Source of the DNA: Actinomycetes bacterium
Lineage (GTDB): Bacteria > Actinomycetota > Actinomycetes > Mycobacteriales > Mycobacteriaceae
Length of the DNA stretch: 64,000 nt
Assembly (NCBI GenBank): GCA_022600605.1
Contig: JAHZKD010000441.1
Span: forward strand, 15,666-79,665
Direction of reading: 5' to 3'
The first letter of the stretch is position 1. Each line of letters starts with the position of its first letter. A program made the translations under genes and the position numbers. The notes below the pieces were generated by a model. The model made no database searches and had not been told where the DNA came from. It saw only the letters and a list, made by a program, of their open reading frames with translations. Positions 30,701 to 40,055 of the stretch are shown here, one piece after another.

Positions 30701-31920
30701 TCCGCGCGTAGGGCATCGGGCTCAGCGCAAAACAGCTGCCAGCGGAAGTTGAACCAATAGGTCATCGGCGCCGGGGCATTAGCGGCGTCATCAGAGTCGG
30801 GTTCGAAACGGACCAGCAGCTCGCGCGGATGCGCAGCGTAGTCACGGTCGGGGCCGTCGGTGTCGCGGTAGGCGATGACGGTGACACCATCGAGGGCTGT
30901 CAGGCGCCGCACCGACCCCGCCGCGGCGCCAAGCTCGTCGACGACGATCACAATGTGCTTGTGCGATGTGGTCACTGCCCCAACATCGACTGTGCCCTTG
31001 TCGTCGACGACTTTGGCTCGCCCGGTCAGCATCGGGGCCAGGGTCTGTTCAAGCTCACGTAGTGAGGTCGCCAGCAGCCGGGCCGGGCCGGCGCCGTCGA
31101 TGTCGTGGCTTTCGGTGTGCGGTAACCATTTCGCCCATCCCCACCGCGACTCCAGCTGTGGTGAGACCACCGCCAGCGCGGTGTCATTGGGGGTGTGCCA
31201 GCACACCAGCTGCGCGATCCAGGCGCGCACCGCGGCTTCGAATCGCCCGCGGTCGCCGTAGGCGCCGATGAGGCCATAGCCGCCGAGGTTGATCGCCTTG
31301 GGGCAGTGCGGAATCGACTGCTGAACCGCACGCATGTGTTGCAGCGCGGTTTTGCAGACCGGTTCGAGGTCCAGCTCGGAGTCCACCGGTTTGACCTTGA
31401 GCTTGCCGCCCAGCTTCACTTCGTCGCAGCCCACACGCAGGTGCAGATAATCTCCGTCCCCGACGCCGCGTTCCCACATCCGGGTGCGCGGCCCCTCCAG
31501 CACAGCTTCGAGCAGTACCGGGTCAGGATGTGACCATTGGGCGCTGGCTTTCTGCGCGTCGGCGGCCGCCCGGATTTCCTCGGCCTTACCGGAGAGGTAG
31601 CGAAGGTATTCGGCCCGTTCGGAGTTCACTTCGGCTTTCGACATCTCCGAGTTGCCGCTCTGATTCGACATCGAGGAAAACATCGCCAGGGCCATCATCG
31701 CCATCATCAGTAGATACATCGGGTTCATCCGCCGAAGCCCCATGATGAACATCAGTGAGACCATGCCGATCAGGACCGCGCCGAACACCCACGGCAGGGC
31801 CTTTTTCCAGGCGACGACCTCAATGGTGCGCGGCAGCTCTGGGGGGGCTTCCAGAAGAAAATCTTTCTTGGTAAACGCCGGGCCCGCGATGCGGCGGCGC
31901 TGTTCGAATCGTGTTCGCAT
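27721..31920 (-). CDS. eccC: Type VII FtsK-like ATPase EccC
   Basis: Two N-terminal TMs, DUF domain, GMTGSGKST, VVDEF, third Walker A GDDRHGKST. Confidence 0.95.
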   Translation of the reverse strand: MRTRFEQRRRIAGPAFTKKDFLLEAPPELPRTIEVVAWKKALPWVFGAVLIGMVSLMFIMGLRRMNPMYLLMMAMMALAMFSSMSNQSGNSEMSKAEVNSERAEYLRYLSGKAEEIRAAADAQKASAQWSHPDPVLLEAVLEGPRTRMWERGVGDGDYLHLRVGCDEVKLGGKLKVKPVDSELDLEPVCKTALQHMRAVQQSIPHCPKAINLGGYGLIGAYGDRGRFEAAVRAWIAQLVCWHTPNDTALAVVSPQLESRWGWAKWLPHTESHDIDGAGPARLLATSLRELEQTLAPMLTGRAKVVDDKGTVDVGAVTTSHKHIVIVVDELGAAAGSVRRLTALDGVTVIAYRDTDGPDRDYAAHPRELLVRFEPDSDDAANAPAPMTYWFNFRWQLFCAEPDALRAEVMAHLARSLARWDSAGISRQDAASAAAQSMLSLLGITNAANLDVEALWGPRRLPVGTGEPVNLDGLLRVPVGLQPSGAPLMIDLKDEADGGNGPHGLMIGMTGSGKSTTLGAMVAGLFLQHSPDVVQAILTDFKDAAGFDAFAGFPHVVAVVTNMEEKRSLVARFGDTLLGLLDQRGRIFYDAGNQIKGAAFQSLSEYNEARATAAGAHLAPMPFMFIVVDEFSLLLKDHPDMAEVFDTVTRKGRSQGVFFLFASQTLDEGVIKKIPDNTQYRIGLKVASEPISRRVIGTPDAFHIPDGKNVKGTGYFVRAPGAEPVKYRGFMLPSRYEPPTTINRRVINAHPRARLFTAGPVAPDPDTVIEEEIAAETAIEGPPRSLVLTVGPQLSAAYGKQPPQLWSPPLDDPIPLDAVLGQARQAAAPAGAGPWWPLGEIDRPRQLSHGLLRYSVDDGNISLLGMRNAEASMVVTTFILSAASRYSPAEVGFYLLSYGGPALAAVRDLPHVGAVGGRDRNELNLRILGDLDTVLTQRRRMFERHNVGSLEEFRSRRAAGDRVLDDGYPTDIFVVVDGWENFIDSNTSLMNPKNPHHKNIERLVGAGHGIHVMVTAADWIKLGQGVSNQLNVRYELKLANSSSSQVRPSIEDKMIRPQDRIPDDDPGRGINAAGDVIRFAVGRTDGEPTMEDLDAQVRQTVSKLTDRYNAVAPAPRPRLLPVSVDISDLPGDLDQERYAIGVRGRDLAPLVVDFAVDPLLALYGDDRHGKSTFLANMVRAVAARRGGSSAASIIVFDKSRGLSGLTRHLIEPDPRNPDAVCDFYETNVETMAGRINAVATLLDSRTPPGDLSWEQKRAWSFDGPLIYLFVDDLDAIPAQVTVHAPAAAGAPPVSDAGRLVAVWQPLMRHISNARDVGLRIVCTHRAAGAGLAELSPSTVTGQLAAQNAQRILLSARSTSEKVGGVKFEEGLSPGRGFVLAPNDDNAGYAQLAAPDPELGQ

Positions 31921-31933
31921 GAACGACCTTCGG

Positions 31934-33445
31934 CTAGTGCGCTACCAGCGCGTCGGCTTTGGACAATGTCGGGCCCGGGTCAAATAGGTCCAGTACCGCC
32001 CAGGGGATCGGCAATGGTTGGGCAGTCATACCCAGGGCCTCGGGCACGCTCGCGGGATCATTTGTCCCCGATTCCATGCCGTAGCGCACTCCCAGATCTG
32101 AGATCCAAAACAGTGACTCTTTAGTCTCCGACCGCGGGTGCTGCCCGGTGACCTGCACAAAATAGCCGCGCCCTTTGGGTAGCAGCACCCGCTGGGCCGT
32201 TCCCGGGGCGGCCGGGGCCAAGGTGACCGGTTGGGCGTCATCGGCCACCGGTAGGCTCTGGCCGGCCAACAGCCTCAGGCTCGAAGTCGGGGCGCCAGAC
32301 AGTTTGACCCACTGCCCGCAGGTCACCGGCTCTGTGGTCGGATCCAACACCTGCAACGAGTGTTTCGGGTAGTCCCCGACAGGGATCGCCTCAGCTTTGG
32401 GCGCCTTGGCCACCTGATCGGGTGTCAGCGCCGGCGGGGTCACTAACCCGTAGGCGTCATGGGCGCGCAGGATCGCTGCGACCACCGGTGAGATCGCCTG
32501 GAGCCCTTCGGCGTTGACCGCATAGTAACGCTTGTCGTCGTGCTCGTTGTGGTCAACTACGACCGCCCCGATCGGCGGGGCTTGCCTGTCCGGGACCGGC
32601 CAGACGAACCGGGGCGGATCCCCAGCGTTAGCGACAAAGGGCACCCGCAGCGGCGGCCCGGCGGGGATGAGGTTGAGCAGCGCGCGATCCATCCGACGCG
32701 GATGGGGGGTATCGACGTCGATACCCACAGCAGCCGAGACCGCCGGATCGTTCAAATCGATCTCGCTGCGCTTGGTGCCCCAGATGAGCCACGTGCTGTC
32801 ACCACCGTCGACGGTGGCCAAAATCGCCGCAGAATCGGCTAACTGGTCTGCGTGTCCGGCCCCGGCTACCGGATCACCGGAGATGACGGTAGTTCCGGGA
32901 TCGGGGCCACCGGCGGCGTCGCAGACCATCCAGCGGGCATCACGGGCAGGATCTTGCTGCATGCGTGAGGGCGCATTGGGGATACCCAAGGTGTTACCCA
33001 GCGGGAATTTGTCGATCTCTGCAGGCTTGACCACCTGAGGGGTTTCCGGCTTGCCCACGATCAGCCGCGCGCTGGCCAGGTTGAGCACGGGGTGCAGTTC
33101 GTCATTAACCCGAACGTAGAGCGCGTTGCTGGATCGCTCGGCGAGCACCGCCTCATTTCCACTGCTGCCGGCCGGCCGCAGGATCGACATCACGAACGCC
33201 CCGGCCAGCAGCACCACCCCGAGCATCAGTCCCACGCTGAGCGCGCGACCCTGCCGGCGCAGCGGATCGGTGAGCATGCGGGTATCGCGCAAGGCCACAC
33301 CGTTGCTGATCCGCCGGATCGCAAACCGCCACCCCGAGATCTGGTGTTTGGTGACAAACCCCCACGGCCGGGTGCGCGACGAAGTCGGGCCCGGCTCAGA
33401 GCTTCGGGACTTGAATCCGCGCCGCGGCGGTGGCGGCGACGTCAT
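31934..33445 (-). CDS. eccB: Type VII secretion protein EccB
   Basis: TKHQISGWRF, LHPVLNLASARLI, GPTLSKADALVAH. Confidence 0.95.
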   Translation of the reverse strand: MTSPPPPRRGFKSRSSEPGPTSSRTRPWGFVTKHQISGWRFAIRRISNGVALRDTRMLTDPLRRQGRALSVGLMLGVVLLAGAFVMSILRPAGSSGNEAVLAERSSNALYVRVNDELHPVLNLASARLIVGKPETPQVVKPAEIDKFPLGNTLGIPNAPSRMQQDPARDARWMVCDAAGGPDPGTTVISGDPVAGAGHADQLADSAAILATVDGGDSTWLIWGTKRSEIDLNDPAVSAAVGIDVDTPHPRRMDRALLNLIPAGPPLRVPFVANAGDPPRFVWPVPDRQAPPIGAVVVDHNEHDDKRYYAVNAEGLQAISPVVAAILRAHDAYGLVTPPALTPDQVAKAPKAEAIPVGDYPKHSLQVLDPTTEPVTCGQWVKLSGAPTSSLRLLAGQSLPVADDAQPVTLAPAAPGTAQRVLLPKGRGYFVQVTGQHPRSETKESLFWISDLGVRYGMESGTNDPASVPEALGMTAQPLPIPWAVLDLFDPGPTLSKADALVAH

Positions 33446-35274
33446 CGCCCACCCCCGGAGAGCACAATGTTGTCCTGTTCTTCGGCGCGCGCCAGCTCGC
33501 GGGACAACGCTGCACGCAGATCAGCATCGGTGATGGTCTGCACCTCCTGGGCGCTGGCATCTTCGAGACGCCCACTGACATCGAGGCGGTGATCGCGTTC
33601 TTCTTCGGCGAACCCGATCAGATTCTCGGCGAATCGGGCGTTGCCCAACACATCCAGAGCAGCCCGCGGTCGCTTGTTTTTGTCTTCGGCGGTCGCAGTG
33701 GCCAATTCGGTGTAGGCCGCCCGTAGCGGCTCGAGGTCCTCAAAGGTGCTGCCGCCGGCGGTGGCCTTGCGGGTGGTGATCTCAACCAGTTCCTCAACTG
33801 AATAGGACCCCAAGGTGATGCTGCGGGTAAACCGCGAGCGCAACCCCTCGTTACTGTCCATAAATTCCTGCATCTTGTCGGCATAACCTGCCGCGATCAA
33901 CATCAGTTTGTCGGAATGGTTGGTCATGGCCCGAATCAGCTCGGCGACCACCAGCGGGCCAAAGTCGTTGTCAGAACCGGAATCAGTCAACGCATAGGCC
34001 TCGTCGATGAACAGCACACCGCCGCCGCTGTCGAGGATGCGCTCGATGGTTTTTTTGATGATGTCCTCAGACCCGCCGATCACCCGATCCACCAGATCCG
34101 CCCGACCCACCTCGATGAACGTCTCCGCCGGTAACACATCGGCGGCACAGAGCAGTTTCGCGATCACCCGCGCGATGGTGGTCTTACCCGTTCCCGGCGG
34201 GCCTTTGAGCATCAAGTGCAGCGACTTGTTGCGCACCGGAAGCCCCAATGCCTCGCGTCGTTTAGCCGCGCGCACACTGGATTCCAGCCGCGCGATCTGC
34301 TCCTTGACATCAGCCATACCCACAAAGTCAGCCAACTCGGCGGTGGCTTCAGCGCGCAGCTCCTCACGCCGCCCGGCCCCGAGCTGGTGGACGAAGTCGC
34401 GTTCACCGGGCTCGGTGTTGGCATCCCAGTAGTCGCTGCGGGCATCGATCCGCGCGGCGGTGGTGGCGCCCACCAGTCCGTAGCCGGGGTCGCTGAGCGC
34501 GGCCGCCACACGCCCCCGCAGCTCTTGGTCGTCGGCGGCGCCGGCGTAGGCCTCGTTGAGCAAAGCGGTGGCCACATCATCGGCGCGGCCCACGGCGCGC
34601 GCACACAGCGCCGCGGTCAGCATCGCTTCGGCGGTGGCCGGCGCGCTCGGTCCGCGACCGTGGCCGCTGAGCTGTTCAAAGGCCTGCTCATACATTCCCA
34701 GATAGGCCGAGGCCAACCCGTGTGCCACCGAGACCGCCTGGTGCATGAACGGGCCATCAGCGGCGGCCGCGGCCGCCAGTGGGGCCAACACGCGGCGCAC
34801 ATCGTGCCAACGCTTAGCCCGAAAGAAGGTCACCGCCAGCACCCACCCGGCCGGCAGCGGCGCCTGGGCCAGCAGCCGGTCATCGAGCAGCTCACGCGCG
34901 GCGGCGAATTCACCGTCTGAGGTGCGCGCGGCGGCCAGCGCCAGCACCAGCCCGTCGAGACCGCGGGCGGGCAGTGTGACAAACAGGTCGGAATCGAAGC
35001 AGAAATCGACCGCCTCGGCGGCGACGTCGCAGGCCGCGATCAACTCTCCTGCGGTGTCGCGGGCGCGGTAGGCATTCTCGAGAACGCTGCGGGTCGCTAC
35101 ACCGCTTGCGGCCAACCCCAGCCAGCCGTCACACAGGTCAGGGTACTGGGCAGTGAGCCGCTCAAATCCCGCGCGCGCGGCACGCGGGTCTGATACTTGG
35201 CGGCGGCCATAGACCTGGGCGCCCAGCGCCGCGCAGCCGCTGGTGAATAACTCCCGCGCCGCGGCCTCGGTCAT
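33442..35274 (-). CDS. eccA: Type VII AAA+ ATPase EccA
   Basis: TPR-like N-terminus (CDGWLG), GPPGTGKTT, LFIDEAY, NEGLRSRF, GNARF. Confidence 0.93.
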   Translation of the reverse strand: MTEAAARELFTSGCAALGAQVYGRRQVSDPRAARAGFERLTAQYPDLCDGWLGLAASGVATRSVLENAYRARDTAGELIAACDVAAEAVDFCFDSDLFVTLPARGLDGLVLALAAARTSDGEFAAARELLDDRLLAQAPLPAGWVLAVTFFRAKRWHDVRRVLAPLAAAAAADGPFMHQAVSVAHGLASAYLGMYEQAFEQLSGHGRGPSAPATAEAMLTAALCARAVGRADDVATALLNEAYAGAADDQELRGRVAAALSDPGYGLVGATTAARIDARSDYWDANTEPGERDFVHQLGAGRREELRAEATAELADFVGMADVKEQIARLESSVRAAKRREALGLPVRNKSLHLMLKGPPGTGKTTIARVIAKLLCAADVLPAETFIEVGRADLVDRVIGGSEDIIKKTIERILDSGGGVLFIDEAYALTDSGSDNDFGPLVVAELIRAMTNHSDKLMLIAAGYADKMQEFMDSNEGLRSRFTRSITLGSYSVEELVEITTRKATAGGSTFEDLEPLRAAYTELATATAEDKNKRPRAALDVLGNARFAENLIGFAEEERDHRLDVSGRLEDASAQEVQTITDADLRAALSRELARAEEQDNIVLSGGGR

Positions 35275-35582
35275 GGGGTGCTCTCCGTGGACGCGGCCAC
35301 CACATCGGTGACCTTGGCGCAGATTTGGGCGAACCCTTCCTCCCACATCACCAGCAGCAATTCGCCCAGGGCCTGGCCGGGGTAGCGCTCAAAGAGGTCC
35401 TCGGCGAAGGTTGCCTCCACAATCATGCCTTCGCCGTTGAGCACGATCGTGTTGTCGCCATCGGGGCAGGGCACTGTCACCGTCAGGTTCGCCAGCTCAT
35501 GCTTGAGTGCGCGAACCCGGTCCAACAAGTCACGGCCACGCCGAATTTCAGCCGAGACCGCTGGGTGCAGGGGGATCTCCAT
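35271..35582 (-). CDS. Small ESX-associated protein, YbaB/EspL-like
   Basis: About 100 aa alpha-beta pattern (VTVPCPDG..IVLNGEG); ATGA-coupled to eccA. Confidence 0.55.
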   Translation of the reverse strand: MEIPLHPAVSAEIRRGRDLLDRVRALKHELANLTVTVPCPDGDNTIVLNGEGMIVEATFAEDLFERYPGQALGELLLVMWEEGFAQICAKVTDVVAASTESTP

Positions 35583-35778
35583 ATCGGCGGACCTAACCTT
35601 GGCGCCGGTGGCGTATCGCAGCAGCGCGGGCAGCGATGACCCGGCCGCCGGCGAGGTGGGGGCGGCTAGCGGTGAACCTCAACTCTGCTCCTGCCGTAGG
35701 TAGTGGGTGGGTGAAAAAATCGCTGGGTTTCAGCGTGGCACAGGATCGCGACACCCGGGCCAGAGCGTTGCGCGGCCG

Positions 35779-37389
35779 CTAGTCATCCCCAGAGCTCGCG
35801 GCGTCCTTTTTTCGGCGCTCCAACCGCGCCTTGACCGCGTTGCGGGATTGGGAATCCACCACCGGTTCAGCGGGTTTGGCCTCCTGACCGACGACGCCAG
35901 GGCGGCCTGCCTCGTCGACTTCAGACAGTGGCTGTTCGTAGCTGGTGACCTTGGTGGACTTGGAGCCGCCGTTGGCCCCACCGCGTCCCATCGGCATCAT
36001 GCCCATCCCGCCGCCGCGGCTGGCCGTACCTGAGGTCCCCGAGGCGGGGGCCCCAGACCCGGAGGCCCCCGAGGCCGACGGCGTGGCCGAGGGCGCCCCG
36101 CCGATCGCCGCGCCGCCGAGGCTGCTGGCCGGCTTCAGTGGGCTCCCACCGCCGCCGAGCTTGGCGCCCCCGCCGCCTTTACTGGCCCCGGCTGAGGGTT
36201 TAGCCAACGCCGCAGGCTTAAGCGGGCTGCCGGCTTTTCGGGCCGCGTTGCCGAGCTGGCCGACCTGCTGCCCGAGCTGCTGGACGGCCTGGCCCACCGC
36301 TTTGAGGGGGTTGGCCCCGCCGGCGGCCTTGGCCAGCGGTGCCGCTGCTCCCATCAGGGGGCCCAGCATGTCTTGCATCCCTTCGGCCTCGCCCTCAGGT
36401 GTTTTCAACCTGTCCTGACCGTCGGTGTCGGTTTCGCCGTCTTCGGCCGGTTCACCCAGGCCCGCCTCGCCGGGGGCCAGGCCAGGATCGGCCAGCCCGG
36501 CCGGGGCGGCACTGATCATGTCCCCGCCGGTCTGCAGCCCCGTCATCCCCGCGCTTTTCTGCTGGTCCTGCTGCTCGAGGGCGCTCTGCCAGGCATCAAC
36601 CTCAGACTGGGCCAGGCCCCCCAAGAGCTGGTTTTTGATCATCGACTCCTGGTATCCGGTCTTGAGCGCCCGCCACGTCAGCGAGGGACCCACCTGCGAG
36701 AGCGTGGCGGTGTGCAGCGTGCCGGCGCCCTGATAGCCCGCGGCCAGCGCGCTCGCGTGACCGGCCACCGCTTCGGTAAAGGCGATACCGCGGCTCAGCT
36801 TGGCTTCCGCGCCGGGGGTGGCCTGGGATTGGCCGGCGCCCACCAGCTGGGTGTGGGCGCTGAGCAGGGCGGCGTTGGCCGCCTGCGCGCGCCCGGCCAG
36901 CACCCCAAGGCGCGCCGCGGTGGCCGCCGCGGGCCCTAGGCCCGCGCCGGTCTCCAACTGCTGGGCCAATGCTTCACCTTCGGTGCCGCTGACGTCGGGG
37001 ACCGGCGCCACCTCGGGCATGCCCGCCGGCGGGACCGCGGTGCCAGGTTGGGGGCCGGCTGAGGGGGCCAGCGACACCGAGCCAGGGGCTGAACCACCGA
37101 ACTGGCCGTAACGGGTAGCCGCGGCGGCGTCCTCATGTTGGTAGCTGGTCGCGGTGTCGTTCATGGCGTCAGCGGCAGCGCTGGCTTGCTGGGCCCCGGC
37201 CCGCAGGTGATCGATGAGCCAGTCGTAGCGGGCATTGAGGTTGTCCATGATGGTCTGGGAGGCCTGATCGGCTCCGCAGGCCGGGCAGGGGGGCAGGTCA
37301 TCGAAGTCCGCGCCCAACAGCAGGCCGGCAAGGGCGACCAGATCCCCGGTGCGGCGCCACCCATCGGGGTCGAAATCCAGGGCAACCAT
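35779..37389 (-). CDS. Secreted ESX substrate with fused PE/PPE-like helical N-terminus and Gly/Pro-rich tail (EspB-like)
   Basis: YxxxD (YQHED) near aa 85; GGGMGMMPMG; acidic/basic C-terminus. Confidence 0.6.
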   Translation of the reverse strand: MVALDFDPDGWRRTGDLVALAGLLLGADFDDLPPCPACGADQASQTIMDNLNARYDWLIDHLRAGAQQASAAADAMNDTATSYQHEDAAAATRYGQFGGSAPGSVSLAPSAGPQPGTAVPPAGMPEVAPVPDVSGTEGEALAQQLETGAGLGPAAATAARLGVLAGRAQAANAALLSAHTQLVGAGQSQATPGAEAKLSRGIAFTEAVAGHASALAAGYQGAGTLHTATLSQVGPSLTWRALKTGYQESMIKNQLLGGLAQSEVDAWQSALEQQDQQKSAGMTGLQTGGDMISAAPAGLADPGLAPGEAGLGEPAEDGETDTDGQDRLKTPEGEAEGMQDMLGPLMGAAAPLAKAAGGANPLKAVGQAVQQLGQQVGQLGNAARKAGSPLKPAALAKPSAGASKGGGGAKLGGGGSPLKPASSLGGAAIGGAPSATPSASGASGSGAPASGTSGTASRGGGMGMMPMGRGGANGGSKSTKVTSYEQPLSEVDEAGRPGVVGQEAKPAEPVVDSQSRNAVKARLERRKKDAASSGDD

Positions 37390-37465
37390 CGTGTCGTTAT
37401 CTCCTGAGCGTCAAGGGGTACTTCGGCGTGTGTGCAGCCCCCCCGGACCCCAGTTCGGTGCGTGG

Positions 37466-37792
37466 CTAGCCTGCGCTGAAAGCGCCGGCGCCGGCGTGAT
37501 CCTGATCACGGTAGGTGGCCCCGTGTTCGGTCAGCCGCTGGGCGTACACCCCGAAGTCGAGGGCTTTGTTCTCCAGGACCGCCTGACGGCGGGCCAGCCC
37601 AGCGAGCACCCCCAGGGCCACCGGATAGCCCATCGAGCCGTGGCTGGCGATCACTCGAGTGACCTCATCGACAGCTTGCGGGCTGATCGCTGCGGCCCTG
37701 ATCTGCAACTGTTCGTACTGGTGGGCGGCATTGGTCAAGTCCGCGGGCACGACATCTAGGTGTCGGCCACCTGCACCGGCGGGGCTAGTCAT
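37466..37792 (-). CDS. Small type VII secretion target (EspC/EspF-like)
   Basis: LDVVPADL, SHG, C-terminal YRDQD (YxxxD). Confidence 0.7.
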   Translation of the reverse strand: MTSPAGAGGRHLDVVPADLTNAAHQYEQLQIRAAAISPQAVDEVTRVIASHGSMGYPVALGVLAGLARRQAVLENKALDFGVYAQRLTEHGATYRDQDHAGAGAFSAG

Positions 37793-37919
37793 TTCTGCCG
37801 CCGTTCCTGAGGATCGAAAAGACCATCGGACACTCCTGTTCTGACAACGGATCCATCCGCTCTCTAACCTTTGTACCTGGCAGTGACCGCTTTCGGCGAG
37901 TCACGCTGACGCTTTGAGT

Positions 37920-38171
37920 TCACAGGATTTGCTCATCGAGTAGCGGGTCGTAGCGGTGGGTGAACGCCGACTGGGCGCACGCCACGAACAGTTCGGCGAA
38001 TCCGGCCACACCCAGCGCGCGCACTTTGTCTGACGCGGCGCCGACGTCGACGGGTTCGCCGGTGGTGTGCACCGACACCGACAGCGCCGCGGGGTCGGTG
38101 TCGGCGGTGGTGATGACGTAGTCGTCGTCGTCTTTGAACTGGGACACGTTGATCGAATGCATGGGGATCAC
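37920..38171 (-). CDS. Small hypothetical protein
   Basis: GTG start overlapping the upstream TGA, with GAGG. Confidence 0.55.
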   Translation of the reverse strand: MIPMHSINVSQFKDDDDYVITTADTDPAALSVSVHTTGEPVDVGAASDKVRALGVAGFAELFVACAQSAFTHRYDPLLDEQIL

Positions 38172-40033
38172 CTCGGTTGTCTGGTCAGCTCGAACACCGC
38201 GGGGTCGCGGTCGGGTCCGGCCACAGCGGCCAGGTATTGGCCGCGCAGCGCTTTGAATGCCTCGTTGTCGTGCCCGTCGAGGGCGGCCTGCATACCTACC
38301 TGCCACAGGTCCTGGCGGGCGTTGTCATACCAGAGGCCTTTGCGCGCGGTTTCGATGGCGACGCTGAACTGTCGGCCGCGGTGTTGGCGCCCCGCGAGCG
38401 CGACAGCCGCGCCGGCGACCCGGTCGCGGATCTCCTCACGCAGGTCTTTGGTCCAGGCCCATTCCTTGGCGCTGACTCCGCCAAAGGGTGCGCCGGTGAC
38501 CAAATCCATGGCCGCCACAAGATTGGCCGTGGAGGTGGTTTCGACCAATATTTCGACCAGGCGCTCGAACTCCATCCAATCCGAGCGCACGCCCGGATCG
38601 AGGCGGTAGCCCCCGTCGCGCATCACCGGCAACGCTTTGGGGCCCCCGGCGTGAACCACACCCAGGCGCGCGCGCAGCAGCGAAAGTTGTTGGGTGACAG
38701 TCTTATCTGAGGCCGCTCCGCTGTAGACCGCGGCGGTGATGTCCTGGGTGCTGGTCCACGGGTTGGTTTGCAAGAAGACAGTCAGTTCGTTGAGTCGCTT
38801 CTCGCGGGGGCCCGGGGGCTGGGTGCTGTGTGGGGGACACAGGTCGACCTGGCCCAGGATGTGGTTCCAGATTCTGGCGATCTGCGGTGCGGTCGAATCC
38901 TCAAGGACTAGGGGCCGGTCGGGGGCACTGGGGACAGCTGCCGGCGCCGGGATCTCGACGGGGGGTTGGCCCGCCTCGGTGTCTGCACCTGCGCGCTCGT
39001 GCTGGGGCTCGGTGGTCTCGGGCACGGCCGGGCCCCAGGCGTCGTCGGGACCCGGTGGGGCCCCCGCCTCGGGGGAGGGGCTGAAAAAGTCGATGCCGTG
39101 GTCTTGGGCGAGCCACGCATCGTGTGTCGGGGCTCCCGCGGTTTCGCTGGGGGCCGCCCCGGCGGGGAAACTATCGGGGTCCCCTCCCTGATCGGCGGTG
39201 GGCGCATCGGGGGTCAAGGACTCCGCGGCGGGCAGGGCGCCCAGATGTGTTGGCGCCGGCGGTGGCTGGGTCAGCAGGTCACTGCACCGCTCGAGGGTGC
39301 TGGTCGCGGGCAGAATCAAGGCCGCCGTCATCGGCTGGGTGACCCCGTTGCTGATTTCGCCCAGACCCTCGGCGCTGCAGTTGATCCTCCATTTGGTGTC
39401 CACGGCAGCATCAGCGCCCAAGTCGATCATGATCTTGCTGCCCGCCGCGGACACGATCTGGGCCCGATCGGTGTAGCTGAGCTCAGCCCCGCACACCAGC
39501 ACATCGACGGCCGGGACGTCGCCGGCGCCCACCAGGCGCACCCGGGTGGTGTGCGGGCCCGACCACACATCAGCGCTCACCCCCACGGTGATAGTGGGAT
39601 GGGTGGCTAACAGCTCAAGCACCCAACGGCTGACCAACGCCGCAGCGGTGTCGCGGTCGCCCTGAATGCGGATCCGTTGAAACGCTGCAAGATTCAACGC
39701 AACCAAACCGCCTTCGGGCAGCACACCGAAGGCGACCAGATACACCGGGCGGTCAGGGTCGGGATCAACACCAGGATCGAGGTCATCCCAGGGGATTCGG
39801 GCCTCGTTGGGGTTGGCATCAGCAGATCGCCACGGATGGGGCAACGGCGTTTTGAGCGCCCCCACGAAGGTCACCGTCACCTCCTGGGGCCCGACGGTGA
39901 CCAAACCTGCCGGTGCGCTCGGTGCCGGTGAAAGCCCGTAGAGCGACTCCAAACGTCGCACGACTTCGACTGCGCGCCCCTGCCCGTACCACCAGGAGGT
40001 GATCGGCGACGGGCTGACTGCAGCTGAGGTCAT
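38168..40033 (-). CDS. Protein with C-terminal winged-helix + BTAD/TPR-like region
   Basis: ILGQV, LSLLRARLG, GYRL...SDW.EF, LVTGAPF motifs of BTAD-type proteins. Confidence 0.6.
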   Translation of the reverse strand: MTSAAVSPSPITSWWYGQGRAVEVVRRLESLYGLSPAPSAPAGLVTVGPQEVTVTFVGALKTPLPHPWRSADANPNEARIPWDDLDPGVDPDPDRPVYLVAFGVLPEGGLVALNLAAFQRIRIQGDRDTAAALVSRWVLELLATHPTITVGVSADVWSGPHTTRVRLVGAGDVPAVDVLVCGAELSYTDRAQIVSAAGSKIMIDLGADAAVDTKWRINCSAEGLGEISNGVTQPMTAALILPATSTLERCSDLLTQPPPAPTHLGALPAAESLTPDAPTADQGGDPDSFPAGAAPSETAGAPTHDAWLAQDHGIDFFSPSPEAGAPPGPDDAWGPAVPETTEPQHERAGADTEAGQPPVEIPAPAAVPSAPDRPLVLEDSTAPQIARIWNHILGQVDLCPPHSTQPPGPREKRLNELTVFLQTNPWTSTQDITAAVYSGAASDKTVTQQLSLLRARLGVVHAGGPKALPVMRDGGYRLDPGVRSDWMEFERLVEILVETTSTANLVAAMDLVTGAPFGGVSAKEWAWTKDLREEIRDRVAGAAVALAGRQHRGRQFSVAIETARKGLWYDNARQDLWQVGMQAALDGHDNEAFKALRGQYLAAVAGPDRDPAVFELTRQPR

Positions 40034-40055
40034 GGCAGTTGACTAGGCCGGCGGT

